A stretch of DNA of 64,000 bases from an uncultured Actinomycetota bacterium (GTDB taxonomy: Bacteria; Actinomycetota; Actinomycetes; JAFAQI01). Under the pieces are notes generated by a model. That model made no database searches, was not told where the DNA came from, and saw only the letters and a list, made by a program, of their open reading frames with translations. Below, in pieces: positions 29,262 to 41,649 of the stretch. The translations under genes were made by a program, and so were the position numbers. The stretch spans positions 608,001 to 672,000 of the forward strand of contig CAVYQE010000001.1 in assembly GCA_963770565.1 (NCBI GenBank), in the 5' to 3' direction. Position 1 is the stretch's first letter, and each line of letters starts with the position of its first letter.

Positions 29262-31678
29262 CCGCCGAAATGGTCGACCCGACGGTTGCGCCGGTCGAGC
29301 TGATCAACGCGACGATCGACGGCATCCCGATCCGGGTCCCGAAGGACACCTTGATCATCCGGGCCGCCGAGCTGGTCGGGATCGACGTGCCGCGATTCTG
29401 CGACCACCCGCTGCTCGACCCGATCGGCGCCTGCCGGCAGTGCATCGTCGAGGTCGAGGGCCAGCGCAAGCCGGTCGCCTCGTGCACCGTGACGGTCACC
29501 GAAGGCATGGCGATCAAGACCCAGCTGACCTCGCCGGTCGCGTCGAAAGCGCAAGAGGGCAACCTCGAGTTCCTGCTGCTCAACCACCCGCTGGACTGTC
29601 CGGTCTGCGACAAGGGCGGCGAGTGCCCGCTGCAGAACCAGACCTTGTCGAACGGCGCCGCCGAGAGCCGGTTCAAGGACGTCAAGCGGACGTTTGAGAA
29701 GCCGATCGAGATCTCCTCGCAGGTCTTGCTCGACCGCGAGCGGTGCGTGCTCTGCGCCCGCTGCACCCGGTTCTCGCAGCAGATCGCCGGTGACCCGTTC
29801 ATCGAGCTGTTCGAACGCGGCGCACTCGAGCAGGTGGCGATCTTCGAAGGCGAGCCGTTCTCGTCGTACTTCTCGGGCAACACCGTGCAGATCTGCCCGG
29901 TCGGCGCACTGACCGGCACGCAGTACCGCTTCCAGGCCCGCCCGTTCGACCTGGTCTCGACTCCGTCGGTGTGCGAGCACTGCGCGTCCGGCTGCCAGCA
30001 GCGCACGGACTGGCGGCGCGGCAAGGTGCTCCGGCGGCTCGCCGGCGAGGACCCGGCGGTCAACGAGGAGTGGAACTGCGACAAGGGCAGATGGGCGTTC
30101 TCGTACGCGACCAGCGGCGACCGGCTCACGACCCCGTTGGTCCGCGACAACGACGGCTATCTGGTCGAGGCGTCCTGGAGTGAGGCGCTCGCGCGGGCCG
30201 CGGCCGGCTTGTCGCAGTGGCGCGGGAAGACCGGCGTCCTGACCGGCGGCCGGCTCACCCTCGAGGACGCCTACTCGTACTCGAAGTTCGCGCGGGTCGT
30301 GCTCGAGACCAACGACATCGACTTCCGCGCGCGGCCGCACTCGGCCGAGGAGCAGGAGTTCCTCGCCGCCGCAATCGCCGGCCGCTACCTCGACACGACG
30401 TACGCCGACCTCGACGCGGCACCCGCCGTCGTCCTGGCCGGCATCGAGGTCGAGGAGGAGTCGCCGATCGTATTCCTCCGGCTGCGAAAGGCGGTCGGCA
30501 AGAACGGGACGTCGGTCTTCGCGGTCGCGCCGTTCGCGACCGGCGCCCTGACCAAGCTCGACGGCACGTTGCTCTCCGCCCAGCCGGGTGGCGAGGCCGA
30601 TGTGCTCGCCGCGCTCGGCCGCGGAGCGGGTTCGGGCGCGACCGGCGCTGCGGCGGCCGCGCTGCGCAAGCCCGGAGCGGTGCTGGTCCTCGGCGAGCGG
30701 CTGGCGACCTCTGCGGGCGCGCTCAGCGCGGCCGTGGCACTGGCCGGCGAGACCGGCGCGCGACTGGCGTGGATCCCCCGTCGGGCCGGCGACCGTGGCG
30801 CGCTGGAGGCCGGATGCCTGCCGAACCTGCTGCCCGGCGGCCGGCCGGTGAGTGATCAGGCCGCGCGCGACCAGGTCGCCGCGATCTGGTCGGCGACCGT
30901 CCCGAGCGGGCCCGGGCGCGACGGCGATGCCATCGTCAAGGCGGCCGCCACCGGCGAGCTCGCACTGGTGGTCGCCGGCGTCGACCCGGGTGATGTCGCC
31001 GATCCAGCGCTGGCCCTGCGGGCGCTCGAGTCGGCGCCGTTCGTGGTGAGCTTCGAGATCCGTGAGTCGGCCGTGACCGATCGCGCGGACGTGGTCTTCC
31101 CGGTCGCGCCGGTGGTCGAGAAGTCGGGCAGCTACCTCGACTGGGAGGCCAGGGTCCGGCCGTTCGACGCGACGCTTGAGGCCAGCGGCGCGCTCGGAGA
31201 CGGCCGGGTGCTGGACCGACTCGCCACCGAGATGGGCGTTGACCTCGGCGCTGCCGAGCCGCGCAATGTGCGCGCGGAGATCGCCCGGCTGGGGGCCTGG
31301 AACGGGGCCCGGCCGGCCGCACCGTCGTACTCGTCCGGGCCGCTTGCGAGCCCGGGAGCCGGCGAGGCCCGGCTGGCGACCTGGCACCTCCTGCTCGACG
31401 AGGGCCGGCTCCAGGAGCACGAGCCGCACCTGGCCGGCACCCGCAAGCCCTCGGTTGCGCGGCTCAGCGCGGCGACCGCGGCGTCGGTGGGCGTTGCCGC
31501 GGGTGCCGACGTGACGGTCAGCACCGACCGCGGCCAGATCGTGCTTCCGGTCGAGATCACCGACCTGCCCGACCAGGTGGTCTGGCTGCCCACCTGCTCG
31601 CCCGGCTCGCACGTGTACTCCGCCCTCGGCTCCGGGTCCGGGGCGATCGTCCGGCTGGCCGCGGCGGGTGGATCGTGA
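29258..31678 (+). CDS. nuoG: NADH-quinone oxidoreductase subunit G
   Basis: [31 protein letters not shown] and N7-type CEHCASGC motifs. Confidence 0.97.
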   Translation: MTAEMVDPTVAPVELINATIDGIPIRVPKDTLIIRAAELVGIDVPRFCDHPLLDPIGACRQCIVEVEGQRKPVASCTVTVTEGMAIKTQLTSPVASKAQEGNLEFLLLNHPLDCPVCDKGGECPLQNQTLSNGAAESRFKDVKRTFEKPIEISSQVLLDRERCVLCARCTRFSQQIAGDPFIELFERGALEQVAIFEGEPFSSYFSGNTVQICPVGALTGTQYRFQARPFDLVSTPSVCEHCASGCQQRTDWRRGKVLRRLAGEDPAVNEEWNCDKGRWAFSYATSGDRLTTPLVRDNDGYLVEASWSEALARAAAGLSQWRGKTGVLTGGRLTLEDAYSYSKFARVVLETNDIDFRARPHSAEEQEFLAAAIAGRYLDTTYADLDAAPAVVLAGIEVEEESPIVFLRLRKAVGKNGTSVFAVAPFATGALTKLDGTLLSAQPGGEADVLAALGRGAGSGATGAAAAALRKPGAVLVLGERLATSAGALSAAVALAGETGARLAWIPRRAGDRGALEAGCLPNLLPGGRPVSDQAARDQVAAIWSATVPSGPGRDGDAIVKAAATGELALVVAGVDPGDVADPALALRALESAPFVVSFEIRESAVTDRADVVFPVAPVVEKSGSYLDWEARVRPFDATLEASGALGDGRVLDRLATEMGVDLGAAEPRNVRAEIARLGAWNGARPAAPSYSSGPLASPGAGEARLATWHLLLDEGRLQEHEPHLAGTRKPSVARLSAATAASVGVAAGADVTVSTDRGQIVLPVEITDLPDQVVWLPTCSPGSHVYSALGSGSGAIVRLAAAGGS

Positions 31679-33006
31679 TGCGAATCCTGGCGGCCGCGCC
31701 ACCGGGCGGCACCGGTCTCGGCGTCTTCGGCAACGACCCGTGGTGGCTCACCCTCTGCAAGTGCATCGTGGTGTTCGTCTTCCTGGTCGTCACCACGCTG
31801 CTGATGATCTGGGCCGAGCGCCGGGTGATCGGCCGGATGCAGGCGCGCCAGGGTCCGAACCGGGTCGGCCCGTTCGGCGTCGTGCAGGGTCTCGCCGACG
31901 GCATCAAGCTGGCGTTGAAGGAAGACCTGATCCCGGCGATGGTCGACAAGCCGCTCTACATCCTGGCGCCGGTCGTCGCGTGCGCGCCGGCGTTCTTGTC
32001 CTTCGCGGTGATCCCGATCGGTCCGGTCGTCTCCATCGGCGGTCACCGCAGCCCGCTCCAGATCACCGATTTGCCGGTGGCGGTGCTGTTCATCCTGGCG
32101 ATGGCGTCGATCGGTGTTTACGGCATCGTGCTGGCCGGTTGGTCGAGCCAATCGCCGTACCCGTTGCTCGGTGCCCTTCGGTCGGCCGCTCAGGTGATCT
32201 CATACGAGGTCGCGATGGGCCTGGCGCTCGCCGGCGTCTTCCTGTACGCCGGGTCGCTGTCGACCAGCCAGATCGTGACGTCGCAGCAGAAGCTCTGGTA
32301 CGCCCTGCCACTGATCCCGTCGCTGTTGATGTACCTGATCGCGATGGTCGGCGAGACCAACCGGGCGCCGTTCGACCTGCCGGAGGCCGAGAGCGAGCTG
32401 GTGGCCGGCTTCCACACTGAGTACGCCTCGCTGAAGTTCGCGTTGTTCTTCCTCGCGGAGTACGTCAACGTCACCACCGTCTGCGCGCTGGCGACCACCT
32501 TGTTCCTCGGTGGCTGGCGGGCGCCGTGGCCGTTGTCGCTGATCGGTCACGACGAGCTGAACCACGGCTGGTGGCCGGTGCTGTGGTTCCTCGGCAAGAT
32601 CTTCGTGCTGCTGTTCACCTTCATCTGGCTGCGCGGGACGCTTCCGCGGTTGCGCTACGACCAGTTCATGCGGCTGGGCTGGAAGGTGCTGATCCCGTTC
32701 AGCCTGATCTGGCTGCTGATCGTCGCGGCGTTCCGCGAGTTGACCAACCAGGGCCACACCCGGGTGCAGACTCTGGCGTACGTCGGCATCCCGGTCGCTG
32801 CCGTGGTCGTGGTCTGGACCTTCGTGTCCGAGTCCCGGGCCAATGCGGCCGCGGCGGATGCGGAGCTGGCCGAGCTCGAGGCGGCCGAGGCGCGCGAGGC
32901 GCGGGCCGCGGCCGGGTTGACGTCGTACCCGGTGCCGGCCCTGACCGGCGCGCCTGCGCTGGAGGTCACGGCGATCTCGGACTCGACGGAGGTGCTCGAT
33001 GGCTGA
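31675..33006 (+). CDS. nuoH: NADH-quinone oxidoreductase subunit H
   Basis: [29 protein letters not shown] and PRLRYDQ motifs. Confidence 0.97.
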   Translation: MMRILAAAPPGGTGLGVFGNDPWWLTLCKCIVVFVFLVVTTLLMIWAERRVIGRMQARQGPNRVGPFGVVQGLADGIKLALKEDLIPAMVDKPLYILAPVVACAPAFLSFAVIPIGPVVSIGGHRSPLQITDLPVAVLFILAMASIGVYGIVLAGWSSQSPYPLLGALRSAAQVISYEVAMGLALAGVFLYAGSLSTSQIVTSQQKLWYALPLIPSLLMYLIAMVGETNRAPFDLPEAESELVAGFHTEYASLKFALFFLAEYVNVTTVCALATTLFLGGWRAPWPLSLIGHDELNHGWWPVLWFLGKIFVLLFTFIWLRGTLPRLRYDQFMRLGWKVLIPFSLIWLLIVAAFRELTNQGHTRVQTLAYVGIPVAAVVVVWTFVSESRANAAAADAELAELEAAEAREARAAAGLTSYPVPALTGAPALEVTAISDSTEVLDG

Positions 33007-33667
33007 CGACGTCAGCTCGAACCCGCCCGAGGAGACCGGGTCGACTTCGGCCGCGGAGATCACTCCCGAGCCAGGTTTGGCATCCACGCCGGAAGCGGTG
33101 ACGCCGGCGCCGATCCCGGCCAAGAAGCCGTCGGCCATCAAGGAGCTGCTCGCGCCGATCGCCGGGTTCGGTGTGACCTTCCGGACCATGCTGACCAAGC
33201 CGGTGACCGAGCAGTATCCCGAGGAGCGGGTACCGACCGAGCCGCGCTACCACGGCCGGCACGTGCTCAACCGGCACGCCGACGGGCTGGAGAAGTGTGT
33301 CGGCTGCGAGCTGTGCGCGTGGGCCTGCCCGGCCGACGCGATCTACGTCGAGGGCGCCGACAACACCGAGGCCGAACGCTTCTCGCCGGGGGAGCGGTAC
33401 GGCAAGGTCTACCAGATCAACTATCTGCGCTGCATCTTCTGCGGGCTGTGCATCGAAGCCTGTCCGACCCGCGCGCTCACCATGTCGAACGAGTACGAGC
33501 TGGCCGACGACAGCCGGATCGACCTGATCTTCACCAAGGACCAACTGCTCGCGCCGTTGACGCCCGAGATGGAGGCGCCGCCGCACCCGATGCGGTTGGG
33601 TAACAGCGAGCAGGCTTACTACAGCGGGCAGCCGGTCGCGCCGTCACCCAAGGACGATCACCGGTGA
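32999..33667 (+). CDS. nuoI: NADH-quinone oxidoreductase subunit I
   Basis: [12 protein letters not shown] and [12 protein letters not shown]; N-terminal GFGVTF..TEQYP helix present. Confidence 0.97.
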   Translation: MADDVSSNPPEETGSTSAAEITPEPGLASTPEAVTPAPIPAKKPSAIKELLAPIAGFGVTFRTMLTKPVTEQYPEERVPTEPRYHGRHVLNRHADGLEKCVGCELCAWACPADAIYVEGADNTEAERFSPGERYGKVYQINYLRCIFCGLCIEACPTRALTMSNEYELADDSRIDLIFTKDQLLAPLTPEMEAPPHPMRLGNSEQAYYSGQPVAPSPKDDHR

Positions 33668-34443
33668 GCGGCGTGCTGCTGGCGGCTGCATCGAGCTCAC
33701 CTCCGCTGCACGAGGCCTTCATCTTCTGGATCCTCGCGCCGATCGCGGTCGGCGCGGCGCTCGGGATGGTCTTTGCCCGCAGTGCCGTGCACGCCGCCCT
33801 GCTGCTTGCGGTCGTGATGCTCTGCCTCGCGGCGTTCTACACCGCCGAGGCGGCGCCGTTCCTTGCCGTCGTACAGGTCGTGGTCTACACCGGCGCGGTC
33901 CTGATGCTGTTCTTGTTCGTGCTGATGCTGATCGGCGTCGACTCGATGGACTCGCTGGTCGAGACGTTGCGCGGCCAACGGCTGGCCGCGTCACTGGTCG
34001 GGCTCGGGTTCGTGGTGCTGCTCGTCGCTGCGCTGGCGACCGCGCTCGCCGGCTTTTCGCCCAAGGGCGTGGGGGCGGCCGAAGCCGGCCAGGGCAACGT
34101 CGGAGGGATCGCGAACCTGCTGTTCAGCCGCTACGTCTTCGCCTTCGAGGCGACCAGCGCCTTGTTGATCACGGCCGGACTCGGTGCGATGGTGCTCGCG
34201 CACCGCGAGCCGAGTGAGACCAAGCAGCGCACCCAGCTCGAGCGGATGCAGGCGCGGACCCAGCGGGGCGGAGCGGGCATGGGACCGCTACCCGGGCCCG
34301 GTGTGTACGCCGACCACGACGCGGTCGACACGCCGGCGCTGCTTCCCGACGGTGCCGTCGCGCCCACGAGCGTCCCCGAGTTCCTCCAGGTGTCGGCCGC
34401 GCGCCCCCACGTCGACACCACCGAGCACGAGTTGGAGCGATGA
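33664..34443 (+). CDS. nuoJ: NADH-quinone oxidoreductase subunit J
   Basis: [15 protein letters not shown] and FAFEATS motifs. Confidence 0.96.
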   Translation: MSGVLLAAASSSPPLHEAFIFWILAPIAVGAALGMVFARSAVHAALLLAVVMLCLAAFYTAEAAPFLAVVQVVVYTGAVLMLFLFVLMLIGVDSMDSLVETLRGQRLAASLVGLGFVVLLVAALATALAGFSPKGVGAAEAGQGNVGGIANLLFSRYVFAFEATSALLITAGLGAMVLAHREPSETKQRTQLERMQARTQRGGAGMGPLPGPGVYADHDAVDTPALLPDGAVAPTSVPEFLQVSAARPHVDTTEHELER

Positions 34444-34447
34444 ACAA

Positions 34448-34747
34448 ATGAGCGCCAACTACTACCTCTATCTCTCGGCGGTACTGTTCACCATCGGCGC
34501 GGTCGGCGTGCTCGTCCGTCGCAACGCGATCGTCGTCTTCATGTGCATCGAGCTGATGCTCAACGCGGTCAACCTGACCCTGGTCACCTTCGCCCGCCTC
34601 AACGGCAGCCTCGACGGCCAGATCATCGCGTTCTTCGTGATGGTGGTCGCCGCGGCCGAGGTCGTCATCGGCCTCGCGATCATCATGTCCGTCTTCCGGT
34701 CCCGGCGGTCTGCATCCGTCGACGACGCGAACCTGCTGAAGTACTGA
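34448..34747 (+). CDS. nuoK: NADH-quinone oxidoreductase subunit K
   Basis: RRNAI..IELMLNA and [12 protein letters not shown] motifs. Confidence 0.96.
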   Translation: MSANYYLYLSAVLFTIGAVGVLVRRNAIVVFMCIELMLNAVNLTLVTFARLNGSLDGQIIAFFVMVVAAAEVVIGLAIIMSVFRSRRSASVDDANLLKY

Positions 34748-34757
34748 GACGCCGCCG

Positions 34758-36710
34758 ATGACCCTCGCCTCCGCTCCGGTCGCCACCGTGCACTACGCCA
34801 GTGCAACCGGTGTCTTCGACCTCACCTTCCTGCTGGTGTTGCTGCCAGCGGCGAGTGCGGCCGTGCTGTTGCTGGGCGGGCGGCGGACCAACACCTGGGG
34901 TCACCTGCTGGGGTGCGCGACGCCGATCGCCGCCTTCGTCGTCGCGGTGATCGAGTTCTTCGCGCTGATCGGGCGCGACAACGGGGCCAGCCGCCAGCTC
35001 GACCAGCACCTGTTCAGCTGGGTGCCGGTGGCCGGCTTCCACGTGAATGCGAATGTGCTGCTCGATCCGCTCTCGATCGTCTTCGTCCTGCTCATCACCG
35101 GGGTTGGCTCGCTGATCCACGTCTACTCGGTCGGCTACATGGCCGATGACCCGGACCGGCGTCGCTTCTTCGGCGAGCTCAACCTGTTCGTCGCCGCGAT
35201 GCTGCTGCTCGTGCTGGCCGACAACTACCTGGTCCTGTACGTCGGCTGGGAGGGCGTCGGCCTGGCGTCGTACCTGCTGATCGGGTTCTGGTCGCACAAG
35301 CCGAGCGCCGCGGTGGCCGCGAAGAAGGCGTTCCTGGTCAACCGGGTCGGTGACCTGGGGCTTTCGCTCGCGATCATGTTGATGTTCACCACCTTCGGCA
35401 CGGTGGCCTTCGACGGGGTCTTCAACGGCGCCGGCAGCGGGCGCGCGCACAGCGGCACGATGACCGCGATCGGGCTGCTGTTGCTGCTCGGCGCGTGCGG
35501 CAAGAGCGCCCAGGTCCCGCTTCAGTCCTGGTTGCTCGATGCGATGGAAGGCCCGACCCCGGTCTCGGCGCTGATCCATGCCGCAACGATGGTGACCGCC
35601 GGTGTCTACCTGGTCGCGCGGTCGAACGCGATCTTCGACGTCTCGCCGAACGCCCGCCTGCTGGTCGAGATCGTCGGCGCCGTCACGCTGGTGTTCGGCG
35701 CGATCATCGGCTGCGCCCACGACGACATCAAGAAGGTGCTCGCCGCCTCGACGATGAGCCAGATCGGCTACATGATGCTGGCGGTCGGCATCGGACCGGC
35801 GGCGTACGCGTTCGGGATCCTGCACCTGCTGACGCACGGCTTCTTCAAGGCCAACATGTTCCTGTCGGCCGGCGCGGTGATGCACGGCAACAACGACGAA
35901 GTGAACATGCGGCGCTTCGGCGCCCTGCGCAAGGTCATGCCATGGACCTTCGCCTGCTTCGCCTTCGGCTATCTGGCGATCATCGGGATCATCCCGTTCG
36001 CGGGCTTCTTCTCCAAAGACAAGATCATCGAGGCCGCGCTCGACAAGGGCGGCACCTCGGGTGACATCTTCGGCGCGGTCGCGCTGGCCGGCGCCGGCCT
36101 GACCGCGTTCTACATGACCCGGCTGATGCTGATGACCTTCTTCGGCAACAAGCGCTGGCCGAAGGATGTGCATCCGCACGACGCGCCCAACGTGATGCTG
36201 ATCCCGATGGTGGTGCTCGCGGTCGGATCGCTGGTCTCGGGCTACCTGCTGATCCTGCACGGCGACCTGCAGAAGTTCCTCGCACCGAGCGTCGGAACGC
36301 TCGCCGAGCCCGCCGCACGCCCGCTCTCGGCGACCGCGCTGAGCCTGCTCGCGCTGGCCGTCGTACTCGTGGGCGTCGGGATCGCGTACTGGCGGGTCGG
36401 CAGCCGTCCGGTGCCCGCCGAGCCGCCCACGCACGTCACGCCGGTGACGGTGGCGGCGCGCCGATCACTGCTCGGCGACGCACTCAACGAAGCAGTGTTC
36501 ATGCGGCCCGGGCAGTACCTCACCAGGTTGCTGGTCTTCTTCGACTACCGCGGCGTCGACGGGCTGATCAACGGCTTCGCGGCTGGCGTCGGCGGGACCA
36601 GCGCGCGGGTCCGCCGGGTGCAGACCGGCTTCGTGCGTTCCTACGCGCTGTCGATGCTGGCCGGCGCGCTCGCGATCGCCGCCACCCTCGTCCTCGTCCG
36701 GGTCGGGTGA
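34758..36710 (+). CDS. nuoL: NADH-quinone oxidoreductase subunit L
   Basis: [15 protein letters not shown] and [31 protein letters not shown] motifs. Confidence 0.97.
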   Translation: MTLASAPVATVHYASATGVFDLTFLLVLLPAASAAVLLLGGRRTNTWGHLLGCATPIAAFVVAVIEFFALIGRDNGASRQLDQHLFSWVPVAGFHVNANVLLDPLSIVFVLLITGVGSLIHVYSVGYMADDPDRRRFFGELNLFVAAMLLLVLADNYLVLYVGWEGVGLASYLLIGFWSHKPSAAVAAKKAFLVNRVGDLGLSLAIMLMFTTFGTVAFDGVFNGAGSGRAHSGTMTAIGLLLLLGACGKSAQVPLQSWLLDAMEGPTPVSALIHAATMVTAGVYLVARSNAIFDVSPNARLLVEIVGAVTLVFGAIIGCAHDDIKKVLAASTMSQIGYMMLAVGIGPAAYAFGILHLLTHGFFKANMFLSAGAVMHGNNDEVNMRRFGALRKVMPWTFACFAFGYLAIIGIIPFAGFFSKDKIIEAALDKGGTSGDIFGAVALAGAGLTAFYMTRLMLMTFFGNKRWPKDVHPHDAPNVMLIPMVVLAVGSLVSGYLLILHGDLQKFLAPSVGTLAEPAARPLSATALSLLALAVVLVGVGIAYWRVGSRPVPAEPPTHVTPVTVAARRSLLGDALNEAVFMRPGQYLTRLLVFFDYRGVDGLINGFAAGVGGTSARVRRVQTGFVRSYALSMLAGALAIAATLVLVRVG

Positions 36711-38410
36711 TCGCGATGCACACCGGGTTCCCGTGGGTGACCGTGATCGGAGCGCTGCCGCTGGTCGGCGTGTTCGGCATCATCGCGCTGCCGAAGGCGC
36801 GCGAAGAGCTAGCCAAGATCATCGCGTTGGTCGCATCGCTCGTCGCGATGGTGGCGTCGATCATCATGGCGTTCGCCTACAACACCGGCGGCGCGCGCTT
36901 CCAGTTCACCCAGGACTACAACTGGATCAAGGCGTTCGGCGCGCACTACGCGGTCGGGGTCGACGGCATCGCGCTCGCGTTGATCCTGATGACGACGGTG
37001 CTGACGCCGGTCTGCATCCTCGCGTCCTGGCACGACGCAGACCGTGGCGAGGACGCCGACCCCGAGGCCACCGGTGGGCGCGGGCCGCGGCTGTTCTTCG
37101 CGCTGCTGCTCGCGACCGAGACGCTGGTGATCGGTGTCTTCGGAGCGCTCGACGTTTTCTTCTTCTACGTGCTGTTCGAGGCAATGCTCATCCCGATGTA
37201 TTTCCTGATCGGCTCGTTCGGCGGCGCGCGCCGCTCGTACGCCGCGGTGAAGTTCTTGCTCTACTCCCTCGCCGGCGGCCTGCTGATGCTGGTCGCGGTG
37301 ATCGCGCTCTACGTCGTGTCGATCCACCAGCTCGGCACCGGGACGTTCGACTACCGCGTGCTGATCTCGCAGCTGCACATCTCGCACGGCGAGCAGGTCG
37401 CGCTGTTCCTCGGCTTCTTCATCGCGTTCGCGATCAAGGCGCCGCTCTGGCCGTTCCACACCTGGCTGCCGGACGCGGCGAGCGAGGCGCCGACCGGCAC
37501 CGCGGTCATGCTCGTCGGCGTGCTCGACAAGGTCGGCACGTTCGGGTTCCTGCGGTTCTGCATCCCGCTCTTCCCGTACGCGTCGAAGTTGCTCGCGCCG
37601 TACATCCTCGGGTTGTGCGTGACCGGCATCCTGTACGGCGCGTTGCTCGCGGTCGGGCAGCGCGACATGAAGCGCCTGGTCGCGTACTCGTCCGTGTCGC
37701 ACTTCGGCTTCATCGCCCTCGGTGTGTTCGCCTTCACCACCCAGGGCGGCTCCGGCGCGACGCTCTACATGGTCAACCACGGGTTCTCGACCGGTGCGTT
37801 GTTCATCGTGGTCGGTTTCCTGGCCTCGCGGCGTGGCTCGCGCCTGGTCGACGACTTCGGCGGGGTAGCGAAGGTCGCGCCGTGGCTGGGTGCGATGGTG
37901 CTGGTCGCCGGGCTGTCGGCGCTCGCACTGCCGGGCCTGTCGACGTTCGTCAGCGAGTTCCTCGTCCTGCTTGGCACCTTCACCACGCACCGGTGGTTCG
38001 CGGTGATCGGCACGTTTGGGATCATCCTGGCCGCGGTGTACGTGCTCTGGATGGTGCAACGGACGATCCATGGCCCGGTGGCGGCCGCGGTCGAAGGCTT
38101 CAAGGACCTCAGCTTCCGCGAGGCCTGGGTAATCGCACCGTTGATGGTCGTGATCGTCGGCCTCGGCATCTACCCGAAGCCGCTGCTCGACATCATCAAC
38201 CCGTCGGTGCAACAGACGAACGCAGTGGTGCGCGACCACGACCCGACGCCGCCGGTGTTCGAGCAGTCAGCCACTAACAGTGTCTGCCCACCGGGAACCA
38301 CTCAGGTGGTACGCACGGTCGGGCTGCGGAGCTATGCCGGGTCCTCGAATACCCCCTTGCCTCGGTTGATCAAGCTCTCGTCCGGACTGATCTGCGGGAG
38401 CAGCAAGTGA
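36707..38410 (+). CDS. nuoM: NADH-quinone oxidoreductase subunit M
   Basis: [23 protein letters not shown] and AYSSVSH motifs; carries an extra C-terminal tail. Confidence 0.97.
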   Translation: MIAMHTGFPWVTVIGALPLVGVFGIIALPKAREELAKIIALVASLVAMVASIIMAFAYNTGGARFQFTQDYNWIKAFGAHYAVGVDGIALALILMTTVLTPVCILASWHDADRGEDADPEATGGRGPRLFFALLLATETLVIGVFGALDVFFFYVLFEAMLIPMYFLIGSFGGARRSYAAVKFLLYSLAGGLLMLVAVIALYVVSIHQLGTGTFDYRVLISQLHISHGEQVALFLGFFIAFAIKAPLWPFHTWLPDAASEAPTGTAVMLVGVLDKVGTFGFLRFCIPLFPYASKLLAPYILGLCVTGILYGALLAVGQRDMKRLVAYSSVSHFGFIALGVFAFTTQGGSGATLYMVNHGFSTGALFIVVGFLASRRGSRLVDDFGGVAKVAPWLGAMVLVAGLSALALPGLSTFVSEFLVLLGTFTTHRWFAVIGTFGIILAAVYVLWMVQRTIHGPVAAAVEGFKDLSFREAWVIAPLMVVIVGLGIYPKPLLDIINPSVQQTNAVVRDHDPTPPVFEQSATNSVCPPGTTQVVRTVGLRSYAGSSNTPLPRLIKLSSGLICGSSK

Positions 38411-39942
38411 GCGACTTCCACTCCCCGTCGATCGCGTATCACGCGCTGATGCCGATCATCATCCCGGCCGGCGCGGCCACGGTCGGTGTCCTGGTGGACG
38501 CGTTCGTGCCGGCGGTTGCGCGCTGGCGTGCGCAGGTGACGGTGGCGATGCTCGGCCTGCTCGGCGCCTTGGTCGCGACCGCGGCGCTCGCCGGCGACCA
38601 TCTCGTCACGGCTGGTACGGCGATCAGCGTCGACGGCCCGACCTTGTTCCTGCAGGGGACGATCGCCGTACTCGGCATCGGCAGCATCCTGCTGGTCGCC
38701 GACCGATCGCCGTCGATGGACGGGGGAGCGTTCGTTGCGCAGGCCTCGACCACGCCGGGATCGCCGGAGGAGCGTTCCGACAGCATCGGCGGCCGGGTGC
38801 AGACCGAGGTGTTCCCACTGATGATGTTCGCGGTCACCGGGATGATGCTGTTCCCCGCGTCCAACGACCTGCTGATCCTGTTCGTCGCACTCGAGGTGCT
38901 CTCGCTCCCGCTGTACATCCTGTGCGGGCTGGCCCGACGGCGCCGGTTGCTGAGCCAGGAAGCTGCGGTCAAGTACTTCCTGCTCGGCGCGTTCTCGTCG
39001 GCCTTCTTCCTCTACGGGTTGGCGTTGCTCTACGGCTACGCCAACACGGTGTCGCTGAGCGGCATCCAGGCCGCCACGGTGACCGGCGCGCACAGCGACA
39101 CGCTGCTGTTCCTGGGGCTCGCGCTGCTCTCGGTCGGTCTGCTGTTCAAGATCGGCGCCGCACCGTTCCAGTCGTGGGTCCCCGACGTCTACCAGGGCGC
39201 GCCGACCCCGATCACCGCGTTCATGGCGTCGGCGACCAAGGTGGCCGGCTTCGGGGCGTTGCTCCGGGTCTTCTACGTCGCCTTCGGCGGGCTCGGCTGG
39301 GAGTGGCGACCGGTCGCGTGGGGCGTCGCGATCCTGACCATGATCGTCGGGTCGGTCTTCGCGGTGACCCAGACCGACGTCAAGCGGATGCTCGCGTACT
39401 CCTCGGTCGCGCACGCCGGCTTCATCCTGATCGGCGTGATCGCACTCAACAAGGCCGGGCTGTCCGGCGCGATGTTCTACCTCGTGACGTACGGCGTGAC
39501 GACGATCGGCTCGTTCGGAATCCTGACCCTGGTGCGGGACCCGGACGGCGAGGCCACGCATCTCTCGCGCTGGGCCGGCCTGGGTCGCCGTTCGCCGCTG
39601 GTCGCCAGCGTGTTCGCGCTGTTCCTGTTGGCGCTCGCCGGCATCCCGCTGACCTCCGGCTTCACCGGCAAGTTCGCGGTCTTCTCGGCCGGGGTGGCCG
39701 GTGGGGCGACCCCGCTGGTGGTCGTCGGTGTGATCACCAGCGCGATGGCGGCCTTCTTCTACGTTCGCGTGATCGTGATGATGTTCTTCGCCGAGCCGCT
39801 TGCAGACGGGCCGATCGTCGTGACGCCGGGTGGCGGCACTGCGAGCGCGCTCGCGCTCGCGGTAGCGGCTACCGTGGTGCTCGGGGTGTTTCCGCAGCCG
39901 TTGCTGAACCTTGCCAACCACGCCCTGCCGTTCTATCACTGA
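38407..39942 (+). CDS. nuoN: NADH-quinone oxidoreductase subunit N
   Basis: EAAVKYF, FKIGAAPFQSWVPDVYQGAP and KRMLAYSS motifs. Confidence 0.97.
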   Translation: MSDFHSPSIAYHALMPIIIPAGAATVGVLVDAFVPAVARWRAQVTVAMLGLLGALVATAALAGDHLVTAGTAISVDGPTLFLQGTIAVLGIGSILLVADRSPSMDGGAFVAQASTTPGSPEERSDSIGGRVQTEVFPLMMFAVTGMMLFPASNDLLILFVALEVLSLPLYILCGLARRRRLLSQEAAVKYFLLGAFSSAFFLYGLALLYGYANTVSLSGIQAATVTGAHSDTLLFLGLALLSVGLLFKIGAAPFQSWVPDVYQGAPTPITAFMASATKVAGFGALLRVFYVAFGGLGWEWRPVAWGVAILTMIVGSVFAVTQTDVKRMLAYSSVAHAGFILIGVIALNKAGLSGAMFYLVTYGVTTIGSFGILTLVRDPDGEATHLSRWAGLGRRSPLVASVFALFLLALAGIPLTSGFTGKFAVFSAGVAGGATPLVVVGVITSAMAAFFYVRVIVMMFFAEPLADGPIVVTPGGGTASALALAVAATVVLGVFPQPLLNLANHALPFYH

Positions 39943-39978
39943 GACCGCGCGGATCGGCCGATCTGAGGAGGCGTCGGG

Positions 39979-40974
39979 ATGTCGTCGATGAGCACCCTCG
40001 GCCTCACCATCGACCCTGCGCTCGAGGTCGTCATCGGCGAAGGGTTGGCCGCGGTCGAGTCCATGCTGCGCGACGAGGTGAAGTCGGCGGACGACTTCGT
40101 CAGCGAGGCTGCCTCGCACCTGGTCGCGGCCGGTGGCAAGCGTTTCCGGCCGCTGGTCTCGTTGCTCGCGGCGCAGTTCGGCGACCCGGCGGCACCGGGT
40201 GTCGTACCGGCCGCGGTGGTGGTCGAGCTGACCCACCTCGCGACGCTGTATCACGACGACGTCATGGACGAGGCGACCCTTCGCCGCGGCGCCGACTCGG
40301 TCAACTCGCGGTGGGGCAACTCGATCGCAATTCTGGTCGGCGACTTCCTGTTCGCCCGCGCGTCCGACATCCTGGCCGACCTCGGGCCGGAGGCCGTGCG
40401 GTTGCAGGCCCGGACCTTCGAGCGGCTCGTCCACGGCCAGATTCGCGAGACGGTCGGGCCGGCCGAGGACGACGACCCGGTGGAGCACTACCTGCGCGTG
40501 CTGGTCGACAAGACCGGCTCGCTGATCGGCACCTCGGCTCGGTTCGGGGCGATGCTGTCCGGCGCCTCGGCGGCCGAGACCGAGCTGCTCACGCAGTGGG
40601 GCGAGCGGATCGGTGTCGCGTTCCAGCTCTCCGACGACCTGCTCGACGTCGCGGCCGACCCGGCGGCACTCGGGAAGGTGCCGGGCACCGACCTGCGCGA
40701 GGGGGTGCCGACGCTTCCGGTGTTGATGCTTCGCCGGACCGGCCGGGCCGAGGACGCCGCGCTGGTCGGGGCGCTCGACGGCGATCTGTCCGACGACGCC
40801 GCGCTGGCCGGGGTGCTCGCGCAGCTACGCGATCACCCGGTGATGGCAGAGGCGCGCGAGGTCACGGCGCGCTGGGCCGAGGATGCGCGCGCCACGCTGG
40901 CCTCGCTTCCCGACACGAGCGTCAAGGCGGCGCTCGAGTCGCTGTGCAGCTTCGTGGTCTCCCGCAGCGCCTAG
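39979..40974 (+). CDS. polyprenyl (heptaprenyl-type) diphosphate synthase
   Basis: GGKRFRP, LYHDDVMD..RRG, GDFL and FQLSDDLLD motifs. Confidence 0.94.
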   Translation: MSSMSTLGLTIDPALEVVIGEGLAAVESMLRDEVKSADDFVSEAASHLVAAGGKRFRPLVSLLAAQFGDPAAPGVVPAAVVVELTHLATLYHDDVMDEATLRRGADSVNSRWGNSIAILVGDFLFARASDILADLGPEAVRLQARTFERLVHGQIRETVGPAEDDDPVEHYLRVLVDKTGSLIGTSARFGAMLSGASAAETELLTQWGERIGVAFQLSDDLLDVAADPAALGKVPGTDLREGVPTLPVLMLRRTGRAEDAALVGALDGDLSDDAALAGVLAQLRDHPVMAEAREVTARWAEDARATLASLPDTSVKAALESLCSFVVSRSA

Positions 40975-40983
40975 CGCAGGCTC

Positions 40984-41535
40984 CTAGCCGACCCGGGTCA
41001 GGGTCGGCACCCAGAAGCGGAGCTTGCCGCCACGTTCGTCCTCGAGGACGCCGCCGGCCGACTCGATCACCGTCCGCGATCCGACGTTGTCGACGTCGCA
41101 GGTGAGCAGGGCCGAGTCGATGCCGAGCGCACGGGCCTCGGGAAGCACCAGCCGCAGCATCGCGGTCGCGTGCCCGTTGCGCCGGGCGCTGGGCCGGACG
41201 TCGTACCCGATATGGCCGCCGACCTCGAGCAGGTGGTCGGTCAGCCGGTGCCGCAGCGCGATCCGGCCGAGGTAGTCCAAGCCGTCGACGTACCACCAGG
41301 TCGTGCTGGGGACATAGCCCGCCGAGCGGGGCGTCTCTTCGAGCGAGTCTGCCCGTAGCGCCGAGACGTACGCCGTGAAGCCGGCCGCAGACTCCCAGGT
41401 CGCCCCGAACTTGCGGTACTCGGTACCGATCATCGAGTTGTCGTCCGGTCCGCCCCGGCCCTCGGCGCGGTACTCCGCCATCGCGGCGAGGAAGGATCTC
41501 TGCACCGCAGTCGTCGGCAGCGCCAGGTCAGGCAT
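40984..41535 (-). CDS. GNAT family acetyltransferase
   Basis: GGHIGYDVRPSARRNGHAT and LLTCDVDNVGS motifs. Confidence 0.88.
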   Translation of the reverse strand: MPDLALPTTAVQRSFLAAMAEYRAEGRGGPDDNSMIGTEYRKFGATWESAAGFTAYVSALRADSLEETPRSAGYVPSTTWWYVDGLDYLGRIALRHRLTDHLLEVGGHIGYDVRPSARRNGHATAMLRLVLPEARALGIDSALLTCDVDNVGSRTVIESAGGVLEDERGGKLRFWVPTLTRVG

Positions 41536-41649
41536 GCCTCAAGTGAAACAGCCCGGCGCAACGTTTTTTCCGGTTTCTTCTTGTCGCAGGGCATGCATAG
41601 GGTGGGCACCGCACCGCACCGGAAAGGACCCGTACGTCCAGGAGGCATC

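Noticed and set aside
28961-40488. Long antisense and alternative-frame ORFs over nuo (913, 583, 718 and 727 aa)
   Set aside because: Arg/Gly/Pro-rich stop-poor frames are expected in high-GC coding DNA. They show no motifs and fully overlap well-supported genes.
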